The position numbers and the translations under genes were made by a program. Positions 13,126 to 27,227 of a DNA stretch of 64,000 nucleotides are shown here, in pieces. Within the stretch, counting starts at the first letter, position 1, and every line of letters begins with the position of its first letter. The DNA is from Octopus vulgaris (lineage: Eukaryota), in NCBI GenBank assembly GCA_951406725.2, contig OX597830.1, forward strand, positions 57,288,001-57,352,000, written 5' to 3'. The notes under the pieces were generated by a model, which worked only from the letters and a program-made list of their open reading frames with translations, made no database searches and was not told where the DNA came from.

Positions 13126-14029
13126 TTAATATTTAGATGATAAAAAAAAAAAAAACACGAGGTATCACAGAGGTGTTAGAAAAAGAATTCATCTAATAAT
13201 AGAACAGAAGTGAAGGATTTGATGAGAAGGGTCAGGTGGTATTCAGAACAGAACAAACCTTACAGTGAAATAATTTTAATAACAAACAGCAAGATGTGAT
13301 AACAATGTTGAAATTCAGTAATGTGAAGATGTGGTTTCGAAGGTGTCATTGTGATGGTGACTTATAGACCAGGTTTTCAAAATTTGTTCAAAGGAATTTC
13401 AAAACATAACATTTTAAAAATATAGAAAATAAATATATAAATAGATGATATTGTTGTTGTTGTTATTGTTGAGTAGCCCTGAATAATCTTGAGTAAACAA
13501 TAATCAAATTAATTCCACCCACTTACCCTTCTTTTACTTAGGAGTATCCTCCTCTTCAAATCTGATTTTGTTTGTTTTCTTTTAGTAGGTGGGAAGACGA
13601 GGGTCCTCAGTGTCTAAAATTCTAGTCAGCCCAACTATGCCATGTTTATAACGTGGGGGTAACAGGTTAAGTGCAATATTCCAGTTTGGTCTAAGGTCCC
13701 ACGCTGTGCGCTTTGTTACTACGTGAAAGTTAAAGGGAGTCAAATGTAGCAGTTTCATGGAGTTTCAAGTTCAAACCATTTCAATGGTTTGTTTAGTTTA
13801 ATCGACATAAATTTATAAACATTCAGCCAAAAGTTACAACTTTCAAAAGTTTTGTGTTAATTCTTCTCTAAAAACAAAAAAAGATTTTAAACATTATATT
13901 ATTTTTATTTATTATTATTTATTTACTTTTATTGTGGTACAGGATCAAGTCTGTTAAAGGTGTTTTAAGATGACTTTAATGACTCGAATTAATCCTGGTA
14001 CATTACTGGTACATATGCTAAAGACTCCT

Positions 14030-14250
14030 CAGTAAGAGAGTTACTTTGTGACTCTTTGGCTTGTTAGAAATAGCAACCAAATTCTTCTTCAAATCACAAA
14101 CTACCATCATCAAATATGGAAAGAAAAATTGGATGCTAACATGATACTAAGTATACTATGTCTGAAAATAAGACGGGATGGTCATGGTGGGAAGCTTCCA
14201 ATTGTAGGCCTATTCAATCAGCTGACCTGGAGCTCAACAACAAAACAACA
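14030..14250 (+). repeat. Unclassified interspersed repeat (family E) with (AAC)n tail
   Basis: GAAATAGCAACCAAAT...GATGGTCATGG...CCTGGAGCTCAACAAC; copies at ~13455(-), 15655-15880(-), 17585-17800(-), 19795-19990(+), 51900-52105(+). Confidence 0.6.
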
Positions 14251-16199
14251 ATACCCTCAGGTGACTAAAAAACATAGTGTGCTTTGTCAAGATTCGAACA
14301 CAGACCAGAGAGCAATAAAACTGAACAGTGTAAGGCATCTAGCAGTTCAGCCACAGCTCTTACTGCACTTTTGACTAGAGATAAGGTTTTGCTTTGCAGA
14401 GCAAGGAGTATAATAAGGATTGCCAACACTGGCAGTAACTCTAAGGCCACAATTTGGGGAGGTGGAAGGCACAGTTAATTAAATTGCTCCTGTACTTGAT
14501 TGGTATTTCACTGACAACCCCCATGCCCATCCCCAATGCCACAGAAATAAAAATCAAAAACTGAATAATTTGAACTCGGGATATAGAAGGATAAAGCCAC
14601 AACTGTGAGTCTTTTAACTTTGATACTCCAGTTATTAATGGCACAAGGCAACACATTTTTAAGAAGGGTAGAGTTGATTAATAACAATAAGTATCATTAT
14701 AAAAATAATAATAATAATAATAATAATGAGAATTATTAAAGATTATATTTCCAATGTTTAGAACTGTATGTGTTTCTGTGTGTTTGTGCATGTGAGTTTT
14801 ACACATACACCCACACACACACAAATATAAACTATTCATACACATATATCACAATGAACAGCATAAATATTTTTTATAGTTCATTGCTAAATTAAAAGAG
14901 AAGATTGTGTGTGAGTGTGTCTTGAAATGGAATGGTGAACAGAGGAGGAGGAGGGGAAATTAAACTGGGCAAGTTTAGTATTTAACAGAAATAAATGAGT
15001 TAAAATTGGCCAAGTCGAATACATTTTGAAAAGGTTAAAAAAATAGGAAATTGATTGTTCATACGCAACATAAATCTGAAGACTATTTTTATAGCAACAT
15101 CACATGGAAGTCAGTTTCCAGTTTGGGCCATTTTTCTTTCTTTCTATTTTGTTCTTTTTTTTCTCTGTGGTGATATATGTAATGCATATATCCACAGATA
15201 CATATCACAGTGACTCATGTACACAATCTTCTCCAGCCAGTATCTAGAAAATACCTTTAAATTAGACACATGCATAAGTAGACACACACACATGTATATA
15301 TAAGCACATACACAGAGGCAGAGAGTCACAGTTGCCTCAAAAGACTGCTGGCTGCTAATCACCAAAGTATCAATGATTTAAATACAATCCTTGTCATAAA
15401 TACTGATCAATAACACACACAGCCTGCTTAATCCAGCAGTTCTTTCAAGAAACTTCCTTCTGTTTTAATTAAACAATTAGGACTTTCACATCCAAAGACA
15501 ACACACTAACAATGAAGACATGAGGGTTATGACTAGAAGCGCTAAATGAAGAACGAAATTCCATACAGACTAAATAGTGACTAAATGTCACAATTGTTAA
15601 TATCAAGGCTACTGAATCTATGGACCAGAATCACTCAAAGTAAACTATCATCTACCTGTTGTTGTTTAGCTCCAGTCAATCAGACTTATGATCAAAATTT
15701 TTTTAAGTAATGACCGTTTTCTACTTTTCTCAAGCATTGTCTATCAAAGTCTATATTGTCTAATGGATTCCTTTCCATTTCAAGATGGTAAGATGTAATT
15801 GGAGATGTGGTTGCTGTTTTTCACAGATCATGAGACCACATTGGGTGTCCCTTTTTGGCTCAACACCAGCTATCTGTACATTAAAGCTAGGGTTTAAAAA
15901 GCTTGTCCAAGACATGATTACAACAAAACCAAAAACAAATATGGTCTTACATAGATATAAAACCAAAATCTTTTTCTTTTGTCTTCCAGAAACAAAAACT
16001 AGGAAAATTTTTTCACTTTGGTACGAATTTGTACCATACAAATATGGTATCCAAGAATAAATTGTTGATTAAATGAAATCCTGTGCATGCCAGGATGAGA
16101 TTAAAAGACAGGTAAAGTTAACATTGGTGGGATTTGAATTTAGGATGTAAAGTAAATAAATAGTTTCTGGCTGCCATCATCAATAATAATAATAATAGT

Positions 16200-16402
16200 T
16201 TTTTCTACTAAAAGTACAAGGCTTGAAATTTTCTGGGAGGAGACTGGTTGAATACATCAACTCCAGTGTTTCACTGGTACATATTTTATCGACACCGAAT
16301 GGATAAAAGGTAAAGTTGACTTCAGTGGATTTTGAACTCAGAACCTGAAGATGGACGAAATACCACTAAGCATTTCGCCGGCATGCTAACGATTCTGCCA
16401 GC
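16200..16402 (-). mobile_element. SINE family B
   Basis: CTGGTAC...TATCGACACC...TTTGAACTCAG...CTAAGCATTTCGCC. Confidence 0.8.
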
Positions 16403-19400
16403 AGTAATAATATCTAAGGCCAACAATTATTTTTAGTGGGAGGGGCCCCAAAACATAAAGATGGGAACAAATCCTGCAATGTATCTGATCTGAGGCTCTG
16501 ACAATTTTGCCATTCCAGCAGAATAACAGATTGTCTTTTATTAAGATGCCCATGGTGCCATGCTGTGGGATCAAGTTTGGAGCCACATGGTTACAAAGCA
16601 AACTTAGAGGTGTGTGCTTTTGATATAGACAGTTTATATCTCACCACAAGAAGTACAAATTGTAGTTAAACTACATTTTTCTCTGAGGTCACAAAAAGAG
16701 GGAAGAAAAAAGAGATGTGCTTTCATCCTCAACATTTTAATGTCCATTTCCCATGCTCACATCAGTCAGATAGAATTTGTTGAGGCAGAGGGTAGATTTT
16801 TTTTGCATGGCTGGATGCGTATTTCCTGCTGCCAATCCTCACTTGTTTCTGAGCAAGGTAATATTTCCTCATTACCAAACATAGATGGGAAATGACCAGC
16901 ACCACTTGCATAACAGTGAGGCTTGTTTACAACCATCATGTGATGTCACACACATGCTGGGCTTCTTTCAGTTTCCATCTGCTAATTAATTAATATAAAG
17001 CTTTGTTCTTTCACACCCACTTTACCATGCTTTTATTTAAGGGTAGATTTCTTATTTTCTTTTCTGTTTTACTGCAAAGATTGTTTTTGCATCAGAATAA
17101 TTAGTTGGCCATTCTTACTGCTAACCAATCAACCATGGAAGAGGAATGAAAACTACATTCTTGGGGCAGGGGCATTTTTAGCCACATGAGCAAACAGAAA
17201 GTTATGTACTTTGCTTAGCAATCAGAGCAACAGTTGTAATTAACACATTTAAATTTATCACCATGTGGTCAGTAATTTAATTCCTAAGCCTTTCAACCAT
17301 AAACGATATCACAAATATATTAAGAAAATGATTAAGGCAAGAGTGAAAGAGAGAAATCAGAGAGAATTGACTAATTACACAAACCCATTGCAGTAACAGG
17401 GAAATAATTTGATATTTGTGTAATTAGTAGTAGTTATACATTACTCGTTTTAGGAAAAGAAAATATGTGTTTGTGAGAGCTGTGATTAAACAATGCCACA
17501 CTAACAAACGTTCCATATGCTGACACCTGGGTCACACTGTGTACCCAGATTTCACTTGTACATCCTAAACAATTGAATAAGGGTTATGTTTTAGCCCCAT
17601 GTCAACCTGCCTTGATCCAGAAGGCCTATCATCAAAGACAGTCTGGTTGTGACCATCTTATCAACATCATCATTATCATCAAGAACAGTGTATCTAAAAC
17701 TACATATACTAAGACCCCTTCATTTTTTCAAAGATGGTAGGGTGTAATTTCACAGAGATTTGGTTATCATTTCTATCAAGACAAGTTGACTGCATACATA
17801 CCCTTCCCACATAAGCACAACAGAATATAGGGACCAAGCAGAGCTGTATTCACCATTGCAGGAAGTGCTCGATGTCTAATGAGTGTTTTATAAGAACATA
17901 GTTTCATAAGGCTTGGCCTCCACCAAACTTCAACACACAAAGAAATATTCAGAAGTATTCTAAGGACCTAATAAGTTTTCAAACTTACACATGTGTATAT
18001 ATGTATTTCATTATTATATTTGATGGATAATAATCTAATATCTAAAAAGAATTCTTGAGTTTTAATCTAAGAAAAATTTCATCAGATATTTCCTATTAAC
18101 AATGCTTTTCTTTTAATTTTAGTCTTCTATATTTCATACAAAGAATTATTTGCCTCCGTTTTCTAAGTATGACCAGACAGTAACATCTTTCCAACCTGGC
18201 AGACAAAACTGTGTTATAAACTAAGGCACATTAATAGTATTCTGAGATCTTAGTAATTTAAGGGTTGTTGTTCCCTGTCTGACCCCAAAAAGGTATCCAT
18301 GAAGAGGCTCTGCTTATCACTGATTGTAGACATGCTAGCTTATCATCAGTTTACGTAGCTATCCACCAACAAGCATACTGTTTTCAACAAAGTAGGAGAT
18401 CAATAAAATTGAAATCTTAGAGGCACCTGTAAACTAAAAGATCAACTTTCATCAAAGCCCCTATCATTAGACTGCTTCATTTGGCACAGTTGACTAAAAA
18501 GATTTAAGACTCCTGTAATATTCTATAAAACATTGTGGAATGGGCGTGTGCTTTTGTTTTCTTTTCTTTTTTGTTTTATGAACTTGAATTTGTAATGAAA
18601 GTAAGCATTAAACAGATATCATCACATCATCTACATTTCAAAAAGCAATTTAAAAGTAAAACCTTCATGGCAAGCCCAGTGATGGAGTAATTATGAAAAT
18701 ACATCAACTAGAACAGTTGAATAATGACATAAGATAGGCCAATGCTAAGAGATGGTGAATTAATTAATTGTCCTTTTTTTTTTTTTTTTTTTTTGTTACT
18801 GATTGTAGAATGACTATTCTGCTTTCAGTTCAGAACTGCAACCGCCAACACTAATTATTTCAATACTGTTCAGCAGTGCATGATCTTGGCTGTTTTCACA
18901 ATTCTAACATCTACTAGAATAAATCAATCTCAAATCTGAACTTTCAAGAGAAAGCACATTCCTTATGCAAAGGTTCTTTTCCTAAAAAAATGATCAGATA
19001 TGTTCTAAAGAAATAGAAATTTCATAAAAGAAGGACAAACTAAGCTCAAGAACTAGAAAACCCATTTTGTGAGTGTGAAGGCAAAAGGTTTCATTAAAGG
19101 AAGGATATGTTGCCATTCAAAGCATGTTGCTTTGTTTTCTTTTAAAAAACAATGAAAATTTTATTTTGCAGAATTATGTAAATTCAACATTCTCCAGACA
19201 CCTAGGCATGGTGCCATATGGTGCCACAGCAATATGGCACAATTTTCTTGTTGAAAACTACTTGTCCAGAAGGGGACCCTTTAAACTGGTCATCTGAAGG
19301 TATCACAAGAATATTACTCCTGAAATCTCTGCTGGGTGAAACAGGATGTGGGAGAAGGAGGAGGGCATAAAATTAAGAATTCCCTTTCCTTAAAGGGAAA

Positions 19401-20371
19401 TTAGTATTCTTGAATAAAAATTTAGGGGTTTTTTTTTGTTTTGTTTTTTAATGTCCTGGCTTAAAATCAATTAGATTAATTAATAAAATAAATTTTGGCA
19501 GCATGTTAGCATCTTGAGTGTATGTTTGTTTAGTGTCTGATACACACATTATTGTTATTATCATCACTATCATTACCACCACCATTACCATAATCAATGG
19601 TCATTATTATCAAAGTGGCATTTACATTCCCAAATAATTAGAATTCTGTCTGTCAGTCTCTCTTTTTCTGGAGATTTCTTATCTCTATTTTAATTTCCAT
19701 TTATAATCATGTCAACAACAACTTCAGGTTTGCTCAATTCACACCCAGTATATCAACATTTAAGACAAACTAACAAAATAAATTCTAAGTAAACACTTAT
19801 CTTGCTCAATATAGCAACCAAATCTTCCTCATTTTCAAAGTGGGGGCCTTTGTTTTACATTTCAGATCATTCATTCATTACAATAAAGGGAACATGGCCA
19901 AGGCTAGAAACACCAGTGAAATGCTTTGTTTAATAAGTTACCTTTTGACTACAGTTCTGTCCAAGAGCTGACTGTGGCTACTCAACAATAACATTCAACA
20001 ATGAAGATTGTTACCTCTTATTCCAACAACTGTACATTCATTAATATGTTGGCACAAAAATCTCCAAATTGGAACTAAGGTAAAAAAAAAAAAAATTAAG
20101 TAATTTCTTTAAAAGTCAAAAGAAAATAAAAATAAAAAAAGCTAACACAAACATTGTTCTCCCCACCCACCCCCACCCTGAAATAAAAAACAACACTTTC
20201 AGTTTAAACATTAAAAAAAAAAAAACATGGGGATCAAAAAATTTATCAATAGTGACATTGGTAAAATAATTTAGGATTTGCTGCCCAATGGTGAGGGGTA
20301 CTGATTAAGGAAAAAACAAAAACTAATTATAATTTTAAGCAGAGTGATTAAGGCTTAAGTATTTTTATTAC

Positions 20372-20412
<41 letters not shown>

Positions 20413-20469
20413 GTTGTTGTTGTTATTATTATAATCATCATCATCATCATTATTATTATTGTTGTTGTT

Positions 20470-20690
20470 GTTGATTTGACTCAGGTTCGTTCTTATTCCT
20501 GGTAGAATTTATGTGGGTAGCAGGCTACTACCTGTAACATTAGGTATCCACAAGCTTTCAATAGTCTTTCAAGTATTTAAGACCCTCCTGATAATCTTTC
20601 CTGTCCCTAAGAGGCAAATTTTCTGTAGAAGCTCTACAGGACATTCTATTCCAATCTCCTTCAACCGTTTGAAAGGAGATTGCAATAATT
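20470..20690 (-). mobile_element. R4/Dong-like (RLE) non-LTR 3' end inside (AAT)n
   Basis: Minus frame FKRLKEIGIECPVELLQKICLLGTGKIIRRVLNT* matches the RLE C-terminal LQK..LLGT..I.R.VL pattern; AAT-type repeats on both sides. Confidence 0.75.
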
Positions 20691-21241
20691 GGAATTATTA
20701 TTATTATTATTATTATTATAATGATTTTTGTATATTGGCACAAGATCACAAATGTTATTATGGGGTGGATTGGTACATAATAAGGATTTCATTTATTGGC
20801 ACAAAACTACACAATTAGAGGTTGGTTGACTTCCAATTATATTAATGGTAATTATTTTTATCAACCCCCAGAGGAATGAAAGGCAAAGTGGAACTTAAGT
20901 AGGAGTTTGAACACAGGGGATTAATAACAATAATAACAATTATTTTAATTAATTAATTGTCACATGGCCATGTTGCAAAGGAATACCATCATCATCATCA
21001 TTACAAATATTTGTAATATCATGGTGAAAGTGTAGAACAAAATATTCCAGAATGTTACAATTTGGTAAAGATCCACTTCAAGAATTGTGCAAATTGTTCT
21101 TGGATCTATATACACCTTCTTCCTTGTTAAAGTTTTTCACATTTAATTAATCTAAATGGCAAATGAGTTGAACAATAGAAAAACTAGAAAATTGTAAAGC
21201 ACAGGTGATTATTTTCTTCTTTAAAACCAAGGTATTTTAAA

Positions 21242-21279
<38 letters not shown>

Positions 21280-21675
21280 CTTAACCATACAGAAGATTCC
21301 CAGATCAAAGAATGACATTAGAAAAAAAAAATGACAAAACATTAGGAAGAAGAGGGAGAAAAATACAATAAGCCAAGTATTGCTGTTGATTTTGGTAGAA
21401 TAGAATTTTGTCCAAATCTCATTTAAGTAAAGGGGAGAAAAATTCAGTGGTTTTAAAATATTTTTAAAAAAACAAAAAAATTTTCTTTGAAATTTTTTTT
21501 TTACAATGTTTTAAAAGAATTATTAAAATACAAAGAAAAATAAATATGAGAGACAGTGGTTCCTTTAGTTCAAAATGTAAAAATGAGAATTCTAAACACA
21601 ATGATGAATGAAAAACAAAAACTCTTATGACAAGGCATTCAGCAGGAAAAAAAAAAAAAAAAAAAACATAATAAT

Positions 21676-22105
21676 GATTTCAAATTTTGGCACAAGGCCA
21701 GCAATTTCAGGGGAGGGGGTAAGTCGATTACATCGACCCCCCAGTGTGCAACTGGTACTTCTTTTATTGACTGTCAAAGGATGAAAGGCAAAGTCAACCT
21801 CAGCAGAATTTGAACTCAGAATGTAAAGACAGGCAAAATGCCACCAAGCATTTTACTAGCCATGCTAACGATTCTGCCATCTGCTGCCTTTAAAAACGAT
21901 GATAATCATAGCAATTGTTTCTTGTGGTAACATGGGCATAAAGCTCGTTTTGGGGAAAGAGATTAGTCAATTAAACTGACCCCAGTACTTGACTGGTACT
22001 TTATTTTATCAACCCTGAAAGGATGAAAGGCAAAGTTGACCTCGGCAGGATTTCAAGTCAGAACATAACAAATTAAACCACATAGTTGCAAAGCATTTTG
22101 TTCTA
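21676..22105 (-). mobile_element. Two tandem family B SINEs
   Basis: Units at 21676-21889 and ~21920-22105. Confidence 0.8.
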
Positions 22106-22381
22106 AAGCTCAAATGGTTTTCCTAATAATAACTATAATAGCAATAGTAATAAAATTTAAAAACATAATTGAAGCTAAGTTTGCTTTTTAAAATGGTGAA
22201 AATAAACTTTCAATATATTTTCTTCAAGAGAAAGATTAGCCAGTATGAATTAATCTAGGCTCCTATATTTAGAATCACAGGTATATTCAGGTGTAAAAGT
22301 TAAAAGTATTTTTTGATTTGGATCAGACCAAAACTAACAAATGTACATACATAAATACATATATATATATATATATATATA

Positions 22382-22926
22382 TGAGGGTGAGTCAAAAAGT
22401 AATACCATTTTGTTTAGGACAGGTATAATTACCAACACGGGAACATGTATCATGCTTCAACATGAAGCTGGTCCTCTGTGGATCACATTGCTACTTCTCA
22501 ACATAGTCACCATTTCTCTCAATAGCAATATTCCACCTTTGAATGAGAGCATGTACCCCTGCCCCGTAAAATTCTATTGACTGTTCTTTGAGCCACTTCT
22601 TCACTACAGTTTTCACTTCCTTGTCACTGGAATAATGCTTGCCTCACAAACCCTCTTTCATGGGGGCAAAGAGATGATAGTCCAGTGATAAGGAAGTGAA
22701 AACTGTAGTGAAGAAGTGGCTCAAAGAACAGTCAACAGAATTTTACGGGGCAGGAATATATGCTTTCATTTGAAGATGGAACATTGCTATTGAGAGAAAC
22801 GGTGACTATGTTGAGAAATAGAGATGTGATCCACAGAGGACCAGCTTCATTTTCATGTATGATACATGTTCCTGTGTTGGTAATTATACCTGTCCTAAAC
22901 AAAATGGCATTACTTTTTCACCCTCA
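22382..22926. mobile_element. Mariner-derived fold-back MITE
   Basis: ~250-bp inverted arms starting TGAGGGTGAGTCAAAAAGTAAT; arms encode transposase C-terminus SSDKEVKTVVKKWLKEQSTEFY...NGDYVEK*; inserted in (TA)n. Confidence 0.9.
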
Positions 22927-22946
22927 TGCATGTATGTATATATATA

Positions 22947-22981
<35 letters not shown>

Positions 22982-23034
22982 GTGTACATATATATAATGT
23001 ACATAGGTATATACTTATATACATATGTCTGCAT

Positions 23035-23072
<38 letters not shown>

Positions 23073-24442
23073 GCATATACATAAATATATATACATGCAT
23101 AAAGACACACACACATATAGATATATAAAAAAAGTATATATGCAACATAAATGTATGTGTGCATATATATACACACATACACAAATGAGTGTATATACAT
23201 ATACCATATACACACACGATTGTAAATATAAGCATATATATATATATATAAAAGCATATATGTGTATATATAAATATATATATCCAACATAGCCACATTT
23301 ACACACATGTAAATCTACAAAAGGGATTTTATTTTGGTATTTGCACAAGTAATTTCATGTTTTATGAAACAATCATCAGGGTGAACTTTTATATAAACAC
23401 TGTCGAGTGCACACACACACACACACACACGTGTGTGTGTGTGTATTTATATATATGCATATATTATATACTCACACACACAGATAAAAAGTAAATTGTG
23501 AAAATCCAGTGTTGTTGGAAGTTGGCCATAAATATATTCTTTTTTATGTAATTTTATCGAGTGTGAATAGCGTGTGTGTGTATGTATATATATATATATA
23601 TATATATTATATTATATAAATGGATATCTCTGTGTATGTAAATGGATATATACATATGTATATGTACGTGTGTATATATACACACACACATACATACATA
23701 TAGATATCTTCACACACACATATATATTTACTTATGTATTTACACACATATATTTACTTATGTATTTAAATGTGTGTACATATGATATATAACTGAGATC
23801 CCAACAAGCTGTTAATTATAAAAAATATAGCAACCAATGTCCAACAATTCATAGCAAATACGATCAATACTTTGCTTCTTTTTTTTTTTTTCTTGTTTTG
23901 AATATTTTCAAAATTAAAGGGGAGGGGCAAGTGAGAAGAAAAAATAAAACACACTTCAAAAAAGAAGCTAACAAATCTAGCTTACATATTTTTTTTGCTT
24001 TTCTTTTCATTTTGCTTGCATTATAAACAGTGCCATTGAGATTATAAGTTTGAAAGCAAGAAACAGCAAACATCCATGACATCATTATATTCCCAGAAGA
24101 AGAGAAAAGAAAAAGAGAAAAAAAAAATGATAGATTGCGAATCTAGTGAAAGTATGACTGTTTAATCATATAGCCATGTCTTTGAATATTGAAGACAAGT
24201 TTTCTACATTTTGGTAAGGCAGCAACACCTCTCCACCCACTGCACTGATAAGAATTTGTTCCTAAAAGAATAAAAAAAAAATGAAGGAACTCCTCCTCAC
24301 CCCCCCCCCCCCGGTTAAGTGAAGTGAAATGGTTTCAAGTAGGAATCAAAAGAGGGAGGCGAAAGCAGCTCCTGTCTTAAATTTCCTTTGCTGTGTAGGG
24401 ATAATTATTGTCACCATATCGAATGTGTATATATACATGTGT

Positions 24443-24990
24443 AGGCACGTGGTTTAGTGGTTAAGGCATTCACCTCACAATTGGAAGGTCCTGAGTTCGA
24501 TTTCCAGCAGCGCCTTGTGTCCTTGAGTAACACCCTTTATTTCATGTTGCTCCAGTCCACTCAGCTGGCAAAAAGGAGTCATACCTGTAATTCAAAGGGG
24601 CCAGCCTTGTTACGTTGTGCGTCAGACTGAATCTCCCCACTGAGAACTACTTTGATGGTATGCGGCGAACTGGCAGAAACGTTAGCACGCCGGGCGAAAT
24701 GCTTAGCGGTATTTCGTCTGTGTTACGTTGTGAGTTCAAATTCCGCCGAGGTCGACTTTGCCTTTCATCCTTTCGGGGTCGATAAATTAAGTACCAGTTA
24801 CGAACTGGGGTCGATGTAATCGACTTAATACCTATGTCTGTCCTTGTTTGTTCCCTCTGTGTTTAGCCCCTTGTGGGTAATAAAGAAATAGGTATGCATG
24901 TCCGTGGAGTACTCAGCCACTTGCATGCAACTTTCACAAGCAGGCTGTTCTGTCGATTGAATCAACTAGAGCACTTGTCACTGTAACCGA
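24443..24990 (+). mobile_element. tRNA-derived SINE (family D) interrupted by a family B SINE
   Basis: GGCACGTGGTTTAGTGG...GAGTTCGATTTCC...GTGTCCTTGAG; uninterrupted homologue at 42328-42640. Confidence 0.85.
24664..24890 (+). mobile_element. Young full-length family B SINE with 7-bp TSD
   Basis: CpG-rich copy GGCGAACTGGCAGAA...GAGTTCAAATTCC...GTCGACTTTGCCTTTCATCC; GGTATGC at 24657-24663 and 24891-24897. Confidence 0.9.
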
Positions 24991-25358
24991 CAGAGAGCCA
25001 GAACATGAATGTGTGTATAAATATATATGTATATACATACACACACACACATACATACATACATACATAAATAAATAAATGATACATTGATATACACAGA
25101 AAACATATGTACATGCACATTTATATATTTAAATATGCAAATATATATCATATACATGCACAACTATATACATACATGTGTATGAATATATTCTCATATA
25201 CATTTACATATACACCCAGTATATGTAAAGGTATAAAAATGTGTGTATATATACATATATATGTACATATATAGACAGTTACACATACACATATGTATAA
25301 CATATGTACATATATACATAAATATGAATGTGTGTCTGTGTGTGTGTGTGTGTATCTA

Positions 25359-25401
<43 letters not shown>

Positions 25402-25406
<5 letters not shown>

Positions 25407-25716
25407 CTCATCTGCAAATGCATGGAAAACGAACCTCCACCAACTATTCTGCCAATATGTCCGTGCACACCTTTGAATGCAGTGTATGCCAAAAGGTTTG
25501 AAAATCCAACGGAGGCCTCAAAAGATATTTTAAGATCAGAACAAAGAGCAGAACTTATCTGCAGCTCTTCTTGGTGGTCCAAATCAGATGTGCAATCTAT
25601 GTGGGTGTCTTTTCAGAACATTGTCTGGTTTAAAAAGCCACATCAGATGCCATGATGGTTCTAAGGTGTAGGTACCGGAGGTGGTCAAACTCTGCATAAG
25701 GAGTAGACAACCACCA
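25402..25716 (+). mobile_element. RTE-like LINE 3' end with terminal C2H2 motif
   Basis: CSVCQKV*KSNGGLKRYFKI; ends GAGTAGACAACCACCA-(TA)n; homologue at 38488-38850. Confidence 0.7.
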
Positions 25717-25811
25717 TATATACATATATATATATATAAATATATGTATATATATATATACACACACACACACCTTTACACATATGTAGGTACAAACACA
25801 CACATACACAC

Positions 25812-25845
<34 letters not shown>

Positions 25846-26244
25846 GCATGCTTCCATGCTTTGACTATCCATCAGGAATTTCTTAGGCAAACAGCAGGGC
25901 AGTGTTTATTATTTAAACTTGTTGCTTACAGTGAATTTGCAAAAAAAGCTAAAATATAAATAAATAAAAGGTGTATGAAAATAAATATTTCAAAAGGTGT
26001 TTAAAAGATGATGGCAATAAAAGATTGAAGATAATGAAAAAAAGGGTATCTGGTGTGTTACCACTTCCAGCTTGATTATATCTTAGACTTTGCCCTATAT
26101 CTTTGCTATTCAGAGATCACTGAGAGAAGCTCACTCTTCATGAAGCTGTGATTGATAAAGCGGGGGGGGGGGGGAGAAAGAAAAGAGAGAAAGAGAAAAT
26201 AATCAATCAGGAATATATTTACAGGGGAGCTTTACATTTCATGC

Positions 26245-26280
26245 AATGTGTGTGTGTGTGTGTATTTATGTATGTATGTT

Positions 26281-26326
<46 letters not shown>

Positions 26327-26344
26327 TGTGTATGTATATATATA

Positions 26345-26386
<42 letters not shown>

Positions 26387-26414
26387 CATGTATGTATGCA
26401 TATATACATATATA

Positions 26415-26461
<47 letters not shown>

Positions 26462-26477
26462 ATGCATATATACATAT

Positions 26478-26517
<40 letters not shown>

Positions 26518-26571
26518 GTGTGTGTCTGTATGTATATATGTATATATATGTATGCATATTTTTTTTTTGTG

Positions 26572-26606
<35 letters not shown>

Positions 26607-26661
26607 ATATATATATTTGTGTGTGTCTGTATGTATATATGTATATGTATATATATGTATG

Positions 26662-26697
<36 letters not shown>

Positions 26698-26751
26698 TAC
26701 ATATATATATATATGTATGTATATATGCATACATATATATATATATGTATG

Positions 26752-26790
<39 letters not shown>
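26245..26790. repeat. Compound (TA)n/(TG)n microsatellite
   Basis: Directly visible; similar arrays at 11485-11690, 22927-23290, 25010-25400. Confidence 0.95.
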
Positions 26791-26794
<4 letters not shown>

Positions 26795-27183
26795 GGATAC
26801 GTGGGATGAGTAACCTAATATTACTAAGAACAATGACAGACGTGAAACCAATGGTAACTTTCTGACTGGCCATAACCAATGACTAAGATATATATATATG
26901 CACACACCCATATATATAAACAAAACATTCAAATGCTAAGATACGAAATAAGATGTCACCATTGTTAATATCATCTGTGGATAAAATTTTAAATTGATGG
27001 TATCAACAGTAGTAGCATAGGTGGTCCACAGGCAAATAGCATTATTTAGCTATGAATTGCATATTTGCATAAAGCGTAAGGATGCATAAAAGCATACAGC
27101 TGCTAGAAATAAGAGCTAAAGTCTTAATTAAACCACCATATATATATTCAAATATATATAAGATATATAAATATATGTGTGTA

Positions 27184-27227
<44 letters not shown>

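Noticed and set aside
24664-24760. tRNA-like A/B boxes here and in other SINE heads
   Set aside because: No complete cloverleaf; each continues into a SINE body, so not called as tRNA genes
22760-26932. Many long ORFs rich in YI, CV and HT dipeptides (also at 11.4, 41 and 49 kb)
   Set aside because: Translations of (TA)n, (TG)n and (CA)n microsatellites that happen to lack stops
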